A DNA stretch of 64,000 nt from Chiloscyllium plagiosum (taxonomy: Eukaryota). Shown in pieces: positions 27,334 through 39,654 of this stretch. Below the pieces are notes generated by a model. That model saw nothing but the letters and a program-made list of their open reading frames with translations, was not told the DNA's origin and ran no database searches. A program made the translations under genes and the position numbers. The stretch is from assembly GCF_004010195.1 (NCBI RefSeq), contig NC_057750.1:1984929-2048928 (forward strand), written 5' to 3'. How positions within the stretch are numbered: position 1 is the stretch's first letter; each line of letters opens with the position of its first letter.

Positions 27334-27833
27334 NNNNNNNNNNNNNNNNNNNNNNNNNNNNNNNNNNNNNNNNNNNNNNNNNNNNNNNNNNNNNNNNNNN
27401 NNNNNNNNNNNNNNNNNNNNNNNNNNNNNNNNNNNNNNNNNNNNNNNNNNNNNNNNNNNNNNNNNNNNNNNNNNNNNNNNNNNNNNNNNNNNNNNNNNNN
27501 NNNNNNNNNNNNNNNNNNNNNNNNNNNNNNNNNNNNNNNNNNNNNNNNNNNNNNNNNNNNNNNNNNNNNNNNNNNNNNNNNNNNNNNNNNNNNNNNNNNN
27601 NNNNNNNNNNNNNNNNNNNNNNNNNNNNNNNNNNNNNNNNNNNNNNNNNNNNNNNNNNNNNNNNNNNNNNNNNNNNNNNNNNNNNNNNNNNNNNNNNNNN
27701 NNNNNNNNNNNNNNNNNNNNNNNNNNNNNNNNNNNNNNNNNNNNNNNNNNNNNNNNNNNNNNNNNNNNNNNNNNNNNNNNNNNNNNNNNNNNNNNNNNNN
27801 NNNNNNNNNNNNNNNNNNNNNNNNNNNNNNNNN
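27334..27833. other. Assembly gap (500 N)
   Basis: Run of N. Confidence 1.
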
Positions 27834-29221
27834 ATGATGTGTATTCTTGTCTACTGTTCCCTGCTCTGGATTTGTTCATACTGTATTTTTTCAATCCTTG
27901 ATTACAACATGATGTTGCTGAAATTTCAATGCTTCAAGTGGCTATTTTTAAAACTGTCAAAGGTACAAGGCCCTGAGAGACCCAGATTAAGATTTCCCTT
28001 TCCTGTCCACTACTGCTTGACTTTAAATTTTAAGCTTTTTCTGAGGTCTACCTTGATGGGTCAACCATTACCTTTTTTGGAGGTTATACCCTTATTCTGT
28101 CACTTGGTCAGTTGTTTGGTTATTTTTCAGGCTTGATAAGCCCTCAGTTCTAATGTGAGACAACTTCCTTCCCTATCTGTGGATAGCGGAAGGGGAGCAG
28201 TTTTGAGGCCTTCTCTTCTATTAATGAATGAATTTTCTTTTCCATCACCTTCTCATTCCATTCTTTGCTGGGGAGTATGCTATTTTCTGTTTCCTTATTC
28301 CTCACCCTTAACGTTCAGGCTTTGGAGCTGCCCTGCATTTTTCTTAGGTCTTTTATAGCTTATCCCATTTGGAGTCAAGTGTTAACATTGAGAATTTGTT
28401 TTGTCCATTCACAAGTTTCTCGTGTTTTCCTCTCTTACGCCTTGTTAATTTCAAGCAAATGGTGCTTCTTAACTGTAACTACTGTGCAACACGATCTAAT
28501 TGCAGGTGATTGTGTAGAAATCATAATTTAAGCAAAAGGGAGCACAGGAAGAACTGCATTGATACTTTGCTTGGAAAGACAAGGTGTTTGGTCACTGCAG
28601 CCGTTTGACTACAGTTAAATGAAAGCAAAGTTCTGTGATTGTTGGAACTCTGCCACTCAAAGTGTAATTTCAGACCCAAGCCGTTAACTTTATTCCTCCC
28701 TGCACAGGTGCTGCCAGATCTGCTAAGTTTCTCCAACAACTTCTATTTTCATTTCATTATTATGGATGTTCAGATTGAAGTTGTGAATACCCTGAAATGT
28801 TTGCACTGAGATTGTGATATGTTTGCCCTGCTGAGGCTTGGTAACCTGCTTCCAGTTTGTCAGTATTGTTATGTAATCAGTTAGTAATTACTTCCACCGG
28901 CCCCCATGGCCCTGTAGTCACGATTATTAGTGATCCCTGTCGTTGACAGTGAGGTTAATATGGCTGACTCAATTCTGTTTAGCATCTAGAGAGCAGTTTT
29001 CAGTTTATTGATTTTCTTTTTTGCAAAATTTGTTGCATATTTCAAAGCTGCTTATGTAAATGGAAATTTCATTTGAAATTATTTTGATATCATAAACAGA
29101 AGCATTTTAATATGTAGATTTATATTGTGATTATTTACCTACCTGTAGTTTGCAGACAGGTGCAGACTAAAGAAACCAGATTGACACCAAATGTTGGAAA
29201 TGCAATAACGAGGAAATGCTA

Positions 29222-30004
29222 GGGCAAGCACTGGAAAACATAATTATAATAAATAGGAGATTGTGTTTGACTTGATGGGCCGAAGGGCTTTTTCGTGTTC
29301 TGTGGATCACTGTTCAAAGTGGAAACATAGCAATCAATTTGCACACTGCAAGTTCCCACAAACAGTAATGTAATAACAATCAGTTAATCTGCTTTGAGGT
29401 AGTCTGCAGTGGATCAGTGAACACATGAAAACCAGACTGTGGCCATTCATGCTGGAATGTGCTCCCAAACTCTGTTCACCTGATTAAAATACCAGGAGGT
29501 GGACAGCAGCATGGAACCTGCACCATATTGGTTGGGAGTGGGTGGGGGTCTTCAATCATGGCTTGGGGTAATATTCTTGCCACCCAGTCAGAAAATCCAT
29601 GTTCATATTCCAACCCAAGGTCTTTGACACACAATTTATCATGAATGGTGGGGAATGGGATGGGTGTTTACTGCATTGTCAGAGGAATCACGTTTCAGAT
29701 GAGAAATAAAATTAAGGCATTGTCTGCCATTTTGGGCACAAGTAAGAGATCCTCACACTGATTATTTAGAGAGAGATCAAAGAATTCTCTCCTGTGACCT
29801 GGTCAATATTTATCTCTCAATCAGTACCTCAAAGCAGATTAACTGATTGCAAGTTCCCACAAACAGCAATGTAATAACAGTGTGCAAATTGATTGCTATG
29901 TTTCCACTTTGAACAGTGATCCACAGAACACGAAAAAGCCCTTCGGCCCATCAAGTCAAACATAATCTCCTATTTATTATAATTATGTTTTCCAGTGCTT
30001 GCCC
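29222..30004. repeat. Inverted duplication with 180-bp arms (29222-29401 / 29825-30004) and an internal 28-bp micro-inversion
   Basis: Manual alignment shows 127-bp and 25-bp inverted blocks, with the 28 bp between them in direct orientation. Confidence 0.95.
29670..29920 (+). mobile_element. Deu-domain SINE remnant
   Basis: gtttcagatgagaaataaaa...ctggtcaatatttatctctcaa...gtgcaaattgattgc. Confidence 0.65.
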
Positions 30005-30910
30005 CATAGTCTTGTATGCCTTGGCATCGCAAGTGCACATCTTGATACTACTTCAATGACATGATTGTTTGTGCCAGTCAAGACAGTGAAGTCCAGATTC
30101 CTACCACCCTGTACAAAATCCTTTCTCACACCCCCTCCTCCCCTTGCCGCAAATCCATGCCCCCAGTCATTGAACCCTCCATCAAGGAAAAGGTTCCTTA
30201 TTTTAATTTATACATTTCAATCGTGCCAGCCATCCCCATTGCACCGGACATTCAATCTCTTCTCTCCAAGGAAAACAGCCCCAGTCTCGCAAATCTCTCA
30301 AAACTAAAATTCTCCAGCCTAAGCAAATCTCCACTGCAATGCAATCGCATCCCTCCTGAAGTGTGGATACTGTGTTGCACATCACTTCTCCAGCTATAGC
30401 CTAAACTAATTTTTATAGACAGTTCAAGCATAACTTCCCTGGTCTGAAACACTGCCTCAGCTACTAAAAGCAAGTATCCCATAATGCCACCTTAATCGCT
30501 TTTTCCTGCATATCTTGATACTTTAAGGGATTGGTGAACATGCACACCTAGATCCCTCCGATCCTTGGTGCTTCCAGATTCTTGCCTTTCATCATATATT
30601 TCCTTGCCTTTGTCCTGTCCGAGTGCATCACTTCAAACATCCAAGATTAAATTCCATTTGCCATTGATCAGCTTGTTATACCCTCCTGTAATCTAACACT
30701 ATGCTCCTCACTATTTACCACCTTACTGTTTTTCACATGGTCCGCAAACTTGTTGATCAATCCTTTTATATTCCAATCTTAAGTCATTTATATCTTCCAC
30801 AAACAGCAAGGACTCCAGCGCTGGTCTTTGCAGAGCCTCTTTGGACACAGGCTTAGTTTTTCAAAAAACCCATTATCCATCACTATATGCTTCCTGCACT
30901 CAGCCATTTG
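29921..30910 (-). mobile_element. Older CR1 3' fragment
   Basis: FERFARLGLFSLERR and a CR1 tail acagaacacgaaaaagcccttcggccc. Confidence 0.8.
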
Positions 30911-30929
30911 TCTACAAAGAGATCTTAAT

Positions 30930-32217
30930 CAGCGGGTTTTGAGAAGATTTGTAGCTCAGGTTGAGGTTCTGGATGTAGGTTTGCTCGTTGAGCTGGAAGG
31001 TTCATTTTCAGACATTTCATCACCATACTAGGTAACATCTTCAGTGAGCCTCTGGACGAAGCACTGCTGATGATTCCTGCTTTCTCTTTATATGTTTAGG
31101 TTTCTTTGAGTTGGTGATGTCATTTCCTGTGGTGATGTCATTTCCTGTTCTTTTTCTCATGGGGTAGTAAATGGTATCCAAATCAATGTGTTTGTTGATA
31201 GAATTCTGGTTGGAATGCCATGTTTCTAGGAATTCTTGTGCATGTCTTTGTTTGGCTTATCCTAGAATGGATGTGTTGTCCCCGTCGAAGTGGTGTCCTT
31301 CCTTATCAGTATGTAAGGATACTAGTGAGAGTGGGTCATGTCGTTTTGTGGCTGGTTGATCATGTATTCTGGTGGCTAGTTTTCTGCCTGTCTGTTAAAT
31401 GTAGTGTTTGTTACAGTTCTTGCACGGTATTTTGTAAATTACATTAATTTTGCTTGTCTGTATAAGGTCTTTCAAGTTCATTAGCTGCTGTTTTATTGTG
31501 TTGGTGGGTTTGTGGGCTACAATGTTGCCAAGGGAGTCTGGCAGTCATTTCGAGATGTCTTTGATGTTGGGGAGAGTGGCTAGGGTTTCTGGACACGTTT
31601 TGTCTGCTTGTTTGGGTTTGTTGCTGAGAAATCGGCGGACTGTGTTCATTGAGTACCCATTTTTTGAATACACTGTATAGATGATTTTCCTTTGCTCTGC
31701 ATAGTTCCTCTGTGCTGCAGTGTGTGGTGGCTAGTGAAATAATTTTCTGATGCAGCTCTGTTAGTAGGTGTTGGGATGATTGCTTCTGTAGTTCAATATT
31801 TAGTCCGTATGTTTTGTTTTCCTATAGACACTGGTTTGAAGTTCCCCATTGGCTGTTCAATCCACTGTGACATCTAGGAATGGCAGCTTGTTGGTGTTTT
31901 CCCCCTCTTTAGTGAACTTTATGCCAGTAAGGGTATTATTGATGGTCTTGAAAGGTTTCCTCTAATTCATTTCATTTAGTGATGACAAAGGTGTCATCCA
32001 CACAGCAGACCCAAAGTTTGGGTTGGGTGGTTGGCAGAGCTGTTTATTCAAGTCTCTGCATTACTGCCTCTGCTAAGAACCTTCATATCAGAGATCCCAT
32101 TGGTGTTACGTTGGTTTGTCTGTAAGTTTTGTTGTTGAAGGTGAAGTCATCAAGCTAGTGGACCTATGCCTTACCACACACTTCACCTTCAACAACAAAA
32201 CCTACAGACAAACCAAC
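30930..32217 (-). mobile_element. Penelope-like element (Poseidon-type): RT C-terminal part, GIY-YIG endonuclease and pLTR, with an inverted 5' piece
   Basis: Minus-strand peptides TPMGS, WVCCVDDTFVI and NVIYKIPCKNCNKHYI. Segment 32148-32217 is in plus orientation (IKLVDLCLTTHFTFNNKTYRQTN). Confidence 0.9.
31008..31047 (-). ncRNA. Minimal hammerhead ribozyme motif in a Penelope pLTR
   Basis: uca-CUGAAGA-uguuacc-uagua-uggugau-GAAA-uGUC-uga, with a 3-bp stem I (uca/uga). Confidence 0.65.
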
Positions 32218-32339
32218 TATGGGGTGTATTTTTAAGGTGAGAGGAGAAAGATTTAAAATGAATGTGAGGGGCACCGTTTTACACAGAAAGTGGCCCGTCT
32301 GTGAAATGAACTGCCAGAGGAGTTGAGATGCTAATTGAA

Positions 32340-32900
32340 CGTGTTTTGAGAAGATTTGTAGCTCACATTGAGGTTCTGGATGTAGGTTTGCTCACTGAGT
32401 GGAAAGTTCATTTCCAGACGTTTTGTCATACTACTAGGTAACATCTTCAGTGGGCCTCCATGCAAAGCACTGCTGATGATTCCTGCTTTCTATTTATATG
32501 TTTGGGTTGGTGATGTCATTTCCTGTTTTTTTTCTCTCAGGGGGTGGTAGATGGGGTCTAACTCGATGTGTTTGTTGATAGACTTTGGATTGGAATGTCA
32601 TACTTTTAGGAATTCTCGTGCATGTCTCTCTTTGGCATTTCCTAGGATGGATGTGTTGTCCTTCCTTATCTTTTATGTAAGGATACTAGTGAGAGACGGT
32701 CATGTCATTTTGTGGCTAGTTGATGTTCATGTATCCTGGTGGCTAGTTTTCTGCCTGTTTGTTAAATGTAGTGTTTGTTACAGTTCTTGCACGGTATTTT
32801 GTAAATGACATTAGTTTTGCTTGTTGTCTGTATAAGGTCTTTCAAGTTCATTAGCTGCTGTTTTATTGTGTTGGTGGGTTTGTGGGCTACCATGATGCTG
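32340..32900 (-). mobile_element. Second Penelope (Poseidon-type) 3' fragment with GIY-YIG remnant
   Basis: TSKTNVIYKIPCKNCNKHYI. Hammerhead at 32414-32453 with GAAA changed to AAAA. Confidence 0.85.
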
Positions 32901-32984
32901 GTGGGGGGTGGTGGGGTGGGTGGGGGAATTGTCTGAGTAGTCCCCCTTGCTAGTTGAGTATTTTGCATCGGTGTTTACTGTGAG

Positions 32985-34190
32985 GATATGGAAGCTAGAG
33001 AACTTGTGGAGATGAATAGCGACATCTTGAAAAAGGTCCATGTTACGGAGGAGGAGACGCTGGACATCTTAATGTACAAAGGTGGATAAATCCACAGGAC
33101 CTGATCAGAACCTAGAATTTTGTGGGAAGCTAAGGAAGTGATTGCTGTACCTTTGCTGTGATATTTGTATCATCGATAGCCTCAGGTGAAGTGCAGGAAG
33201 ACTGGAGGTTGGCTAACATGGTGCAATTATTTAAGAAACGTAGTAAGGAAATGCCAGGGAGCTATCAACTGGAGGGCCTAACATTAGTGGTCGGTAAGTT
33301 GTTGGAAGGGATCCTGACGAACAGGATTTACATATACTTGGGAAGGAAAGGACTGATTAGGGATCGTCAATATGTCTTTGTGCATGGAAAATTGTGTCTC
33401 ATAACTTAATTGAGTTTTTTTGAAGAAGTAACAAAGGATTGATGAATGCAGAGCAGTGGGCGTGATCTACATGGACTTCAGTTTGCAGTTGACCCGAAAC
33501 ATCGAGTTTCCTGCTCCTTGGATGCTGCCTGACCTGCTGTGCTTTTCAAACACTACTCTAATGTCCAGCATCTGCAGTGCTCACTTTTGCCTTTATTGGT
33601 CAGTGCATTGAGTATAGGAGTTTGGAGGTCATGTTGTGGCTGTACAGGACATTGGTTAGGCTGCTTTTGGAATATTGCATTCTCTTCTGGTCTCCCTCAT
33701 ATAGGAAGGATGTTGTAAATCTTTTCTGAACCCTTTCAAATTTCACAAGGATGTTGCCAGGTTGGAGGTTTGATCTGCAGGGAGAGGATGATTAGGCTAG
33801 GGCTATTTTTCATGGAGTATTGGAGGCTGAGGGGGAGACCTTATAGAAGTTTATAAAATCATGAGGACATAGATAAGATGAATAGTCAAGGTCTCTTCGC
33901 CAGGGTAGGGGAGTCCAAAACTAGAGGTCATAGGTTTAATGTGAGAGGGTAAAGATATGAAAGGGACCTAAGGGGCAACTTTTTCACACACAGGGTGGTG
34001 CATGTATGGAATGAGCTGCCAAAGCAAGTGGTGTAGGCTGTACAATTACAACATTTAAAAGGCATCTGGATGGATATGAGTAGGTCCAAATGCTGGCAAA
34101 TAGGACTAGATTAGTTTAGGATATCTGGTCGGCATGGATGAGTTGGACCAAAGGGTCTGTTTCCATGCTGTACATCTCTATGACTCTAAG
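32985..34190 (+). mobile_element. CR1 ORF2 remnant with a Penelope stub at ~33490-33590
   Basis: EDWRLANMVQLFKK and RDRQYVFVHGK, plus a CR1 3'UTR. Confidence 0.9.
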
Positions 34191-34374
34191 TGGTGGATGC
34201 AGATACAGTTACGATCCTTAAAAGATCTTAGAATAAATAATTAATTAATTATTATTTAAATATTAATAGGAAAAATTTGCAGAGAGATGGGCCAAATGCA
34301 GGCAGGTGGGAATAGTTTAATTTGAGAATATGTTTGCCGTGGAGCTGTTAAACCAAAGAATCTGTTTCAATGCT

Positions 34375-34795
34375 ATAGAACATCGTAACGCAGAACAGGC
34401 CCTTCCGCCCTCGATGGCTCCACAGGTCAGTGCAACAATCTGAAGCCTATCTAACCTACAGTACTCCACTTTCATCCATATGTCTATCCAATGACCATTT
34501 AAATGCCCTTAAATTTGGCAAGTCTACTACTGTTACAGGTAGGGCATTCCACACCCCTACTAGTAAAGAAACAACCTCCGACATTTGTCGTTCACCCCTC
34601 GTGCTAGCCATCACCGTCTGATGAAAAAGGCTGTTACTGTCCACCCCATCGAACCCTCTGATTATCTTGTATGTCTTAAGTCACCTCTCAACCTTCTCTC
34701 TAATGAAAACAGCCTCAAGTCCCTCAGCCTTTCCTCATAAGACCTCCATACCAGGCAACATCCTAATAAATCTCCTCTGAACCCTTTCCAAAGCA
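34375..34795 (-). mobile_element. CR1 3' fragment
   Basis: VWNALPVTVVDLPNLRAFKWSLDRHMD. Confidence 0.9.
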
Positions 34796-36252
34796 TGACT
34801 GAGTTTGACTCCATATCTGATCTTATTAACAGACATAAATATAAGCACTAAGAGCAGGAATGTAGTGTTAAATCCCATAAGAATGCTGATTCTTTTACTT
34901 CAACTCGTCTTCTCATTCAGTATCCCTTGATTCCTGTGGATGCAAGGATCTGACCATCTCAGACCTTGAATAATCTCAACAGTTCTACATTTTTAGCAGT
35001 CTGGCAGATAATATCAAATATCCCCAAATCTGTTGTGTGAATAAACCTCTCCTTCTAATGGCCGGCCCCCTATTCTGAGTCTGTGAACCTTAGTTCCACA
35101 CTGATGAGTAAGGGCAAACATTTAACCAATAAAGCCTTCTCAGAAACTTTCCAGCCTATTCTCCCCATTGAAAGTTATGTGCCTTCTGATATCCTGAGGT
35201 ACTGAAAGGTGCTATAGAAATTCCAATCTTTCATTCATTGAGATAGAAGTGAGACAGTTCATATTACTCCTGCGCTTTCTCAGTAAATGTGTACCAACTG
35301 CTTGCAGGTCTAGGTTGTAGCTTGAGTTTCATGCTCCTTCCTGGAACCCAGTCTTGGCATTACTTGACTCTTCTGCTCAATTCATCTCTTCAAAGTTTGT
35401 TGCCTTTCATTTTTAAACGGTTGAGGCAAATATCAAGGGAAAGCTCTGAAAATGAATGGAAGGATGTTTCTGATAGGGTTGAGGTAATGAGAGGAGGGAA
35501 GAAGCTTGCAGGGAGTATAGATACATAGGCATGTACTAGAAGTCTGTTTCTGTGCTGCATTTTTCTGCATGATTCAATATGGATCCCAATGCATTCTTTT
35601 TTCCAAAAAAAAGTGTTGAACCTCATTGCTTCAACCACTAAAGTATTGGGACTTGCAGATGATATTTTTGCATGTGGGGAGGCTGTTCACTGCCAGATAT
35701 CATCGGAGAGATGAGTACTTCAAGGGCAGTAGGGCAATTGTTGACCCAAACCCTCAGGTCTCTCATTGACCCACTGCTCTGGAGTACAAATCCAGCAGTA
35801 CGTCATCTCCCTGTGCCTTCCACACAGAAAATGATGGACAGCAAAGGTAGCACACATCTGAGCATAATTTGCATTCAGTACAGCACCTTGTCCAAACTTA
35901 ATTTCTTGGGTGCCCAAAGTATTCTCTCATTCCAGTCAGAATCTTATTTGCAAGTTTCAGAAAAGTGCTGAGAGTTTCGTCTCCTATTATAATTTGCCAG
36001 CTGTTGACTTAAAACAATCTAAGCTGATGTGGTCATTATTGTAGTTTGTCTTTTGGAACATACCCACCTACATTGATTCAGGAAGACAAAACAAGGATCT
36101 ACTTTGTAAACCATCCAGATCAAACAGTGAGTTTTTAGAGGTATCTAAACTGGTGTGATTAGCATATTGTTTATGAAGAAAATCAATTTGTGTCAGGGTA
36201 TTGGTGTGCTGATAAACTGCATCAGCAATTAGCAGTGCAGTAGATTACCTCA

Positions 36253-36639
36253 TCACCCCAGGCGTCTCCCACCCACAGCTTCCAACCTCATAGTCCGGGA
36301 ACCCCGCACTGCCCGGTTCTACCTCCTTCCCAAGATCCACAAGCCTGACCACCCTGGCCGATCCATTGTCTCAGCATGCTCCTGCCCCAGTGAACTTATC
36401 TCTACCTACCTCGACACTGTCCTATCCCCCCTAGTCCAGGAACTCCCCACATACGTTCGAGACACCACCCACGCCATTTCCGACGCCCCTCCCCCAAGTC
36501 CCTCCTCCCTACCTTTTATCTTAGCCTGCTGGACAAACTTTCCTCATTCCTGAAGAAGGGCTTATGCCCGAAACGTCGATTCTCCTGTTCATTGGATGCT
36601 GCCTGACCTGCTGCGCTTTTCCAGCAACACATTTTCAGC
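36253..36639 (+). mobile_element. Internally deleted Penelope-like (Neptune-type) element: RT N-terminal segment fused to pLTR
   Basis: NLIVREPRTARFYLLPKIHKPDHPGRSIVSACSCPSELISTYLDTVLSPLVQELPTYVRDTTH contains the PLE RT FY.LPKIHK..GRPIVS motif. Confidence 0.9.
36548..36579 (+). ncRNA. Minimal hammerhead ribozyme motif with intact core
   Basis: CUGAAGA at 36550-36556, an extra A, stem II GGGC-UUAU-GCCC, GAAA at 36570-36573, palindromic ACGU, and predicted cleavage after GUC at 36577. Stem I is only 2 bp in cis. Confidence 0.7.
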
Positions 36640-37755
36640 ATTTGATAATGTTCCCCCTGGTAGGCTCATTCAGAAGGTCAGGAGGAATGGGATATAGGGA
36701 AACGTAGCTGTCTGGATACAGAATTGGCTGGCCAACAGAAGACAGTGAGTGGTAGTAGAAGGAAAATATTCTGCCTGCAAGTCTGTGGTGAGTGGTGATC
36801 CACAGAGATCTGTCCTTGGGCCTCTACTGTTTGCAATTTTTGTTAATGACTTGGATGAGGGGATTGAAGGATGGGTTAGCAAGTTTGCAGACAACACAAA
36901 GTTTGGAGGTGTCGTTGACAGTATGGAGGGCTGTTGTTGGCTGCAACGGGACATTGACAGAATGCAGAGATGGGCTGAGACGTGGCAGATGGAGTTCAAC
37001 CTGGGTGAATGCGAAATGATGCATTTTGGAAGGTCAAATTTGAAAGCTGAGTACACGATTAAAGACAGGATTCTTGGCAGTGTGAAGGAACAGAGGGATC
37101 TTGGTGTGCAGGTACATAGATCCCTTAAAATGGCTACCCAAGTGGACAGGGATGTTGAGAAAGCATATGGTGTTTTGGCTTTCATTAACAGGAGGATTGA
37201 GTTTAAGAGTCGTGAGATCTTGATGCAGCTCTATAAAACTTTGGTTAGAACGCACTTGGAATACTGTGTCCAGTTCTGGTTGCCCTATAATAGGAAAGAT
37301 GTGGATGCTTTGGAGAGGGTTCAGAGGAGGTTTACCAGGATGCTGCCTGGAATGGAGGGCTTATCTAACAAAGAGAGGTTGACTGAGCTCGGACTTTTTT
37401 CTGTGAAAAAAAGAAGGAAGACAGGGGACCTAATTGAGGTGTACAAGATAATGAGAGGCATAGATAGAGTTGATAGCCAGAGACTTTTTTTTCCCAGGGC
37501 AGAAATTGTTAACACCAGGGGTCATAGTTTTAAGCTGTTTGGCGGAAAGTATAGAGAGGATGTCAGAGGTGGGTTATTTACACAGAGAGTTGTGAGAGCA
37601 TGGAATGCGTTTCAAGCAGCAGTTGTGCAAGCAAGGCCATTGGGGATATTTAAGAGACTGCTGGACATGCATATGGTCACAGACATTTGAGGGTTCGTAC
37701 ATTAGGTTTACCTTACATGAGGATCAATGTTTGGCACAACATCGTGGGCTGGAGC
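36637..37755 (+). mobile_element. 5'-truncated CR1 with a 313-aa open RT/C-terminal ORF (36749-37690)
   Basis: SGDPQRSVLGPLLFAIFVNDL, SKFADNTK (catalytic DD changed to DN) and HLEYCVQFW. Confidence 0.95.
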
Positions 37756-37942
37756 CCCTGTCTCCCCACCCCCACCCTCCCCTAGCTTATCTCTCCACGC
37801 TTCAGGCTCTCTGCCTTTATTCCTGATGAAGGGCTTTTGCCCGATTTTGCTGAAGCTCTTCAATGCTGCCTGAATTGCTGTGCTCTTCCAGCACCATTGA
37901 TCCAGAATCTGGTTTCCAGCATCTGCAGTCATTGTTTTTACC
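37755..37942 (+). mobile_element. Penelope pLTR fragment
   Basis: ttcctgatgaagggcttttgcccga followed by the tail ccagcatctgcagtcattg. Confidence 0.8.
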
Positions 37943-38029
37943 TTACATCAGTGGATTCCCAAGTGTCCAGTGATATCAGGTGAAAGTGTAGATGTAAGAA
38001 CTAAACCAAATCTCATACAGCAGCAAAAT

Positions 38030-38165
38030 AAAAACCGAAAGAACCGCAGATGCTGTAAATCAGAAACTAAAACAGAAATTGCTGGCAAAGCTCAGCAGGT
38101 TTGGCAGTATCTATGAAGAGAAATCAGAATTAACGTTTTGGGTCCAGTGACCCTTCCTCAGAACT
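38030..38165 (-). mobile_element. Older Penelope pLTR stub
   Basis: The minus strand reads ctgagga-agggtcactggaccc-aaaacgtt. Confidence 0.7.
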
Positions 38166-38216
38166 GTTTTTGCTTCTCGTATTACAGCACTTGAAGGTCA
38201 GCTTGGAAGCTGTGTG

Positions 38217-38415
38217 AAGATTAGAGTGGTGCTGGAAAAGCACAGCAGGTCAGGCAGCATCTGAGGAGCAGGAAAATCAGCGTTTTGGGCAAAAGCCCTT
38301 CATCAGGAATCGATTTTTTTTTCCTGCTCCTCAGATGCTGTCTGACCTGCTGTGCTTTTCCAGCACCACTCTAATCTTGACTCTGATCTTCAGCATCTGC
38401 AAAACTCACTCTAAC
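38217..38415. mobile_element. Penelope pLTR fold-back insertion with 15-bp TSD
   Basis: TSD cttggaagctgtgtg at 38202-38216 and 38416-38430. About 60-bp inverted arms surround a hammerhead remnant. Confidence 0.9.
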
Positions 38416-39511
38416 CTTGGAAGCTGTGTGGTTAATTGATGCTAGGATTGAGTTGCATTTGAGTCTGTGTGTCAAGTCCAGATAATTGGTTATGTTGAAC
38501 ACAGCCATAAATCCCAAGCCATAAAAAATGGGTATCTAATTTCTTAAAGCATTAATTCTCAGATGTGAGACTTAGTTTGACAAGCAAACCTGTTGGTTGC
38601 CCATTCCAACTTGCCCACAATTGTGGATCTTCTGCTAGTGATTGTATCTTTATCACTGTGGTATAGGTAGAGCATTCAATATTATTAACCCAGCGGTGAA
38701 GGAGTAGTGATGCATGTCCAAGTCAGAATGGTGTATGTTCTGCAGGTGATGTTGATATATGACGAGTTGATGGGAGTGAAACTGTACTCCCTCACGAAAG
38801 GATTAGGAACAAGAGGACACGGATTTAAAGTAATTTGTAAAAGAACCAAAAACAACACCTAAAATAGCTTTTCCAAGCAGTGTGTGTGTTAAGATCTGGA
38901 ATGCACTGCCAGGGATTATGGTGGAGCAGGTTCAGTTGAGGGATTGTAAAGATTATTAGACTGTTATCTGAAAAGCAAGAATGTGTAAGGTTCCAGGGAG
39001 AAGGCTGGGAAAAGGCACCAAATAAATTTCTAATTCAGAAATCCTGTGCAGGTATGGCTGCCTCCTGTGCTGAAACATTGCTATAATTTTACTGATTGAT
39101 GATTTGTGCTTCCCCAGAGAAGGGTGGCAGTATGGTAATTGAGAAGCTGTAGATAGATTCTTGACTAACAAGGAAGTCAAAGGTTATTGGGGTAAGTCAG
39201 AAGGTAGAATTGTGGCCACAATTCTAATCAACCACAATCTGCTTGAATAGAGGAGCAAGCTAAATGGGCCTTAATTTTATGTTGGTATGGTCAGATTGAC
39301 CTCTTGAAAGTGATTGAAGCTCTCCTTTTAGGATTTAGAACCGTTTTGCACATGGAATAAACAAGACTTTGTTTGACCGGCCAAATTAAACAGTAAGTTT
39401 CTAAAGGCATCTAAACAGGTATGATTAGAATGTCATATATGGGGAAAATCAATCTGTGCCAGGGTACTGGTGTGTTAATAAAGACTGCATCAGAAACAAA
39501 GTGCGGTGGAT

Positions 39512-39654
39512 GAGAAAGCTGAAAGAACTGCAAATGCTCAAACTCTGAAACAAAACATTAATTTCTGGAAAATCACTGGACTTGAATTGTTATCTCTGAT
39601 TTCTTGCCATGGATGCTACCAGATCTGCTGAGATTTTTCAGCAATTTCTGTTTT
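39512..39654. mobile_element. Old Penelope fold-back insertion with degenerate 12-bp TSD
   Basis: agtgcggtggat at 39500-39511 and agtgcagtagat at 39655-39666 flank pLTR-like sequence in both orientations. Confidence 0.65.

Noticed and set aside
36749..37690. 313-aa RT ORF as a domesticated or active gene
   Set aside because: It is a 5'-truncated CR1 with the catalytic DD changed to DN and a GTG start; simply a young copy.
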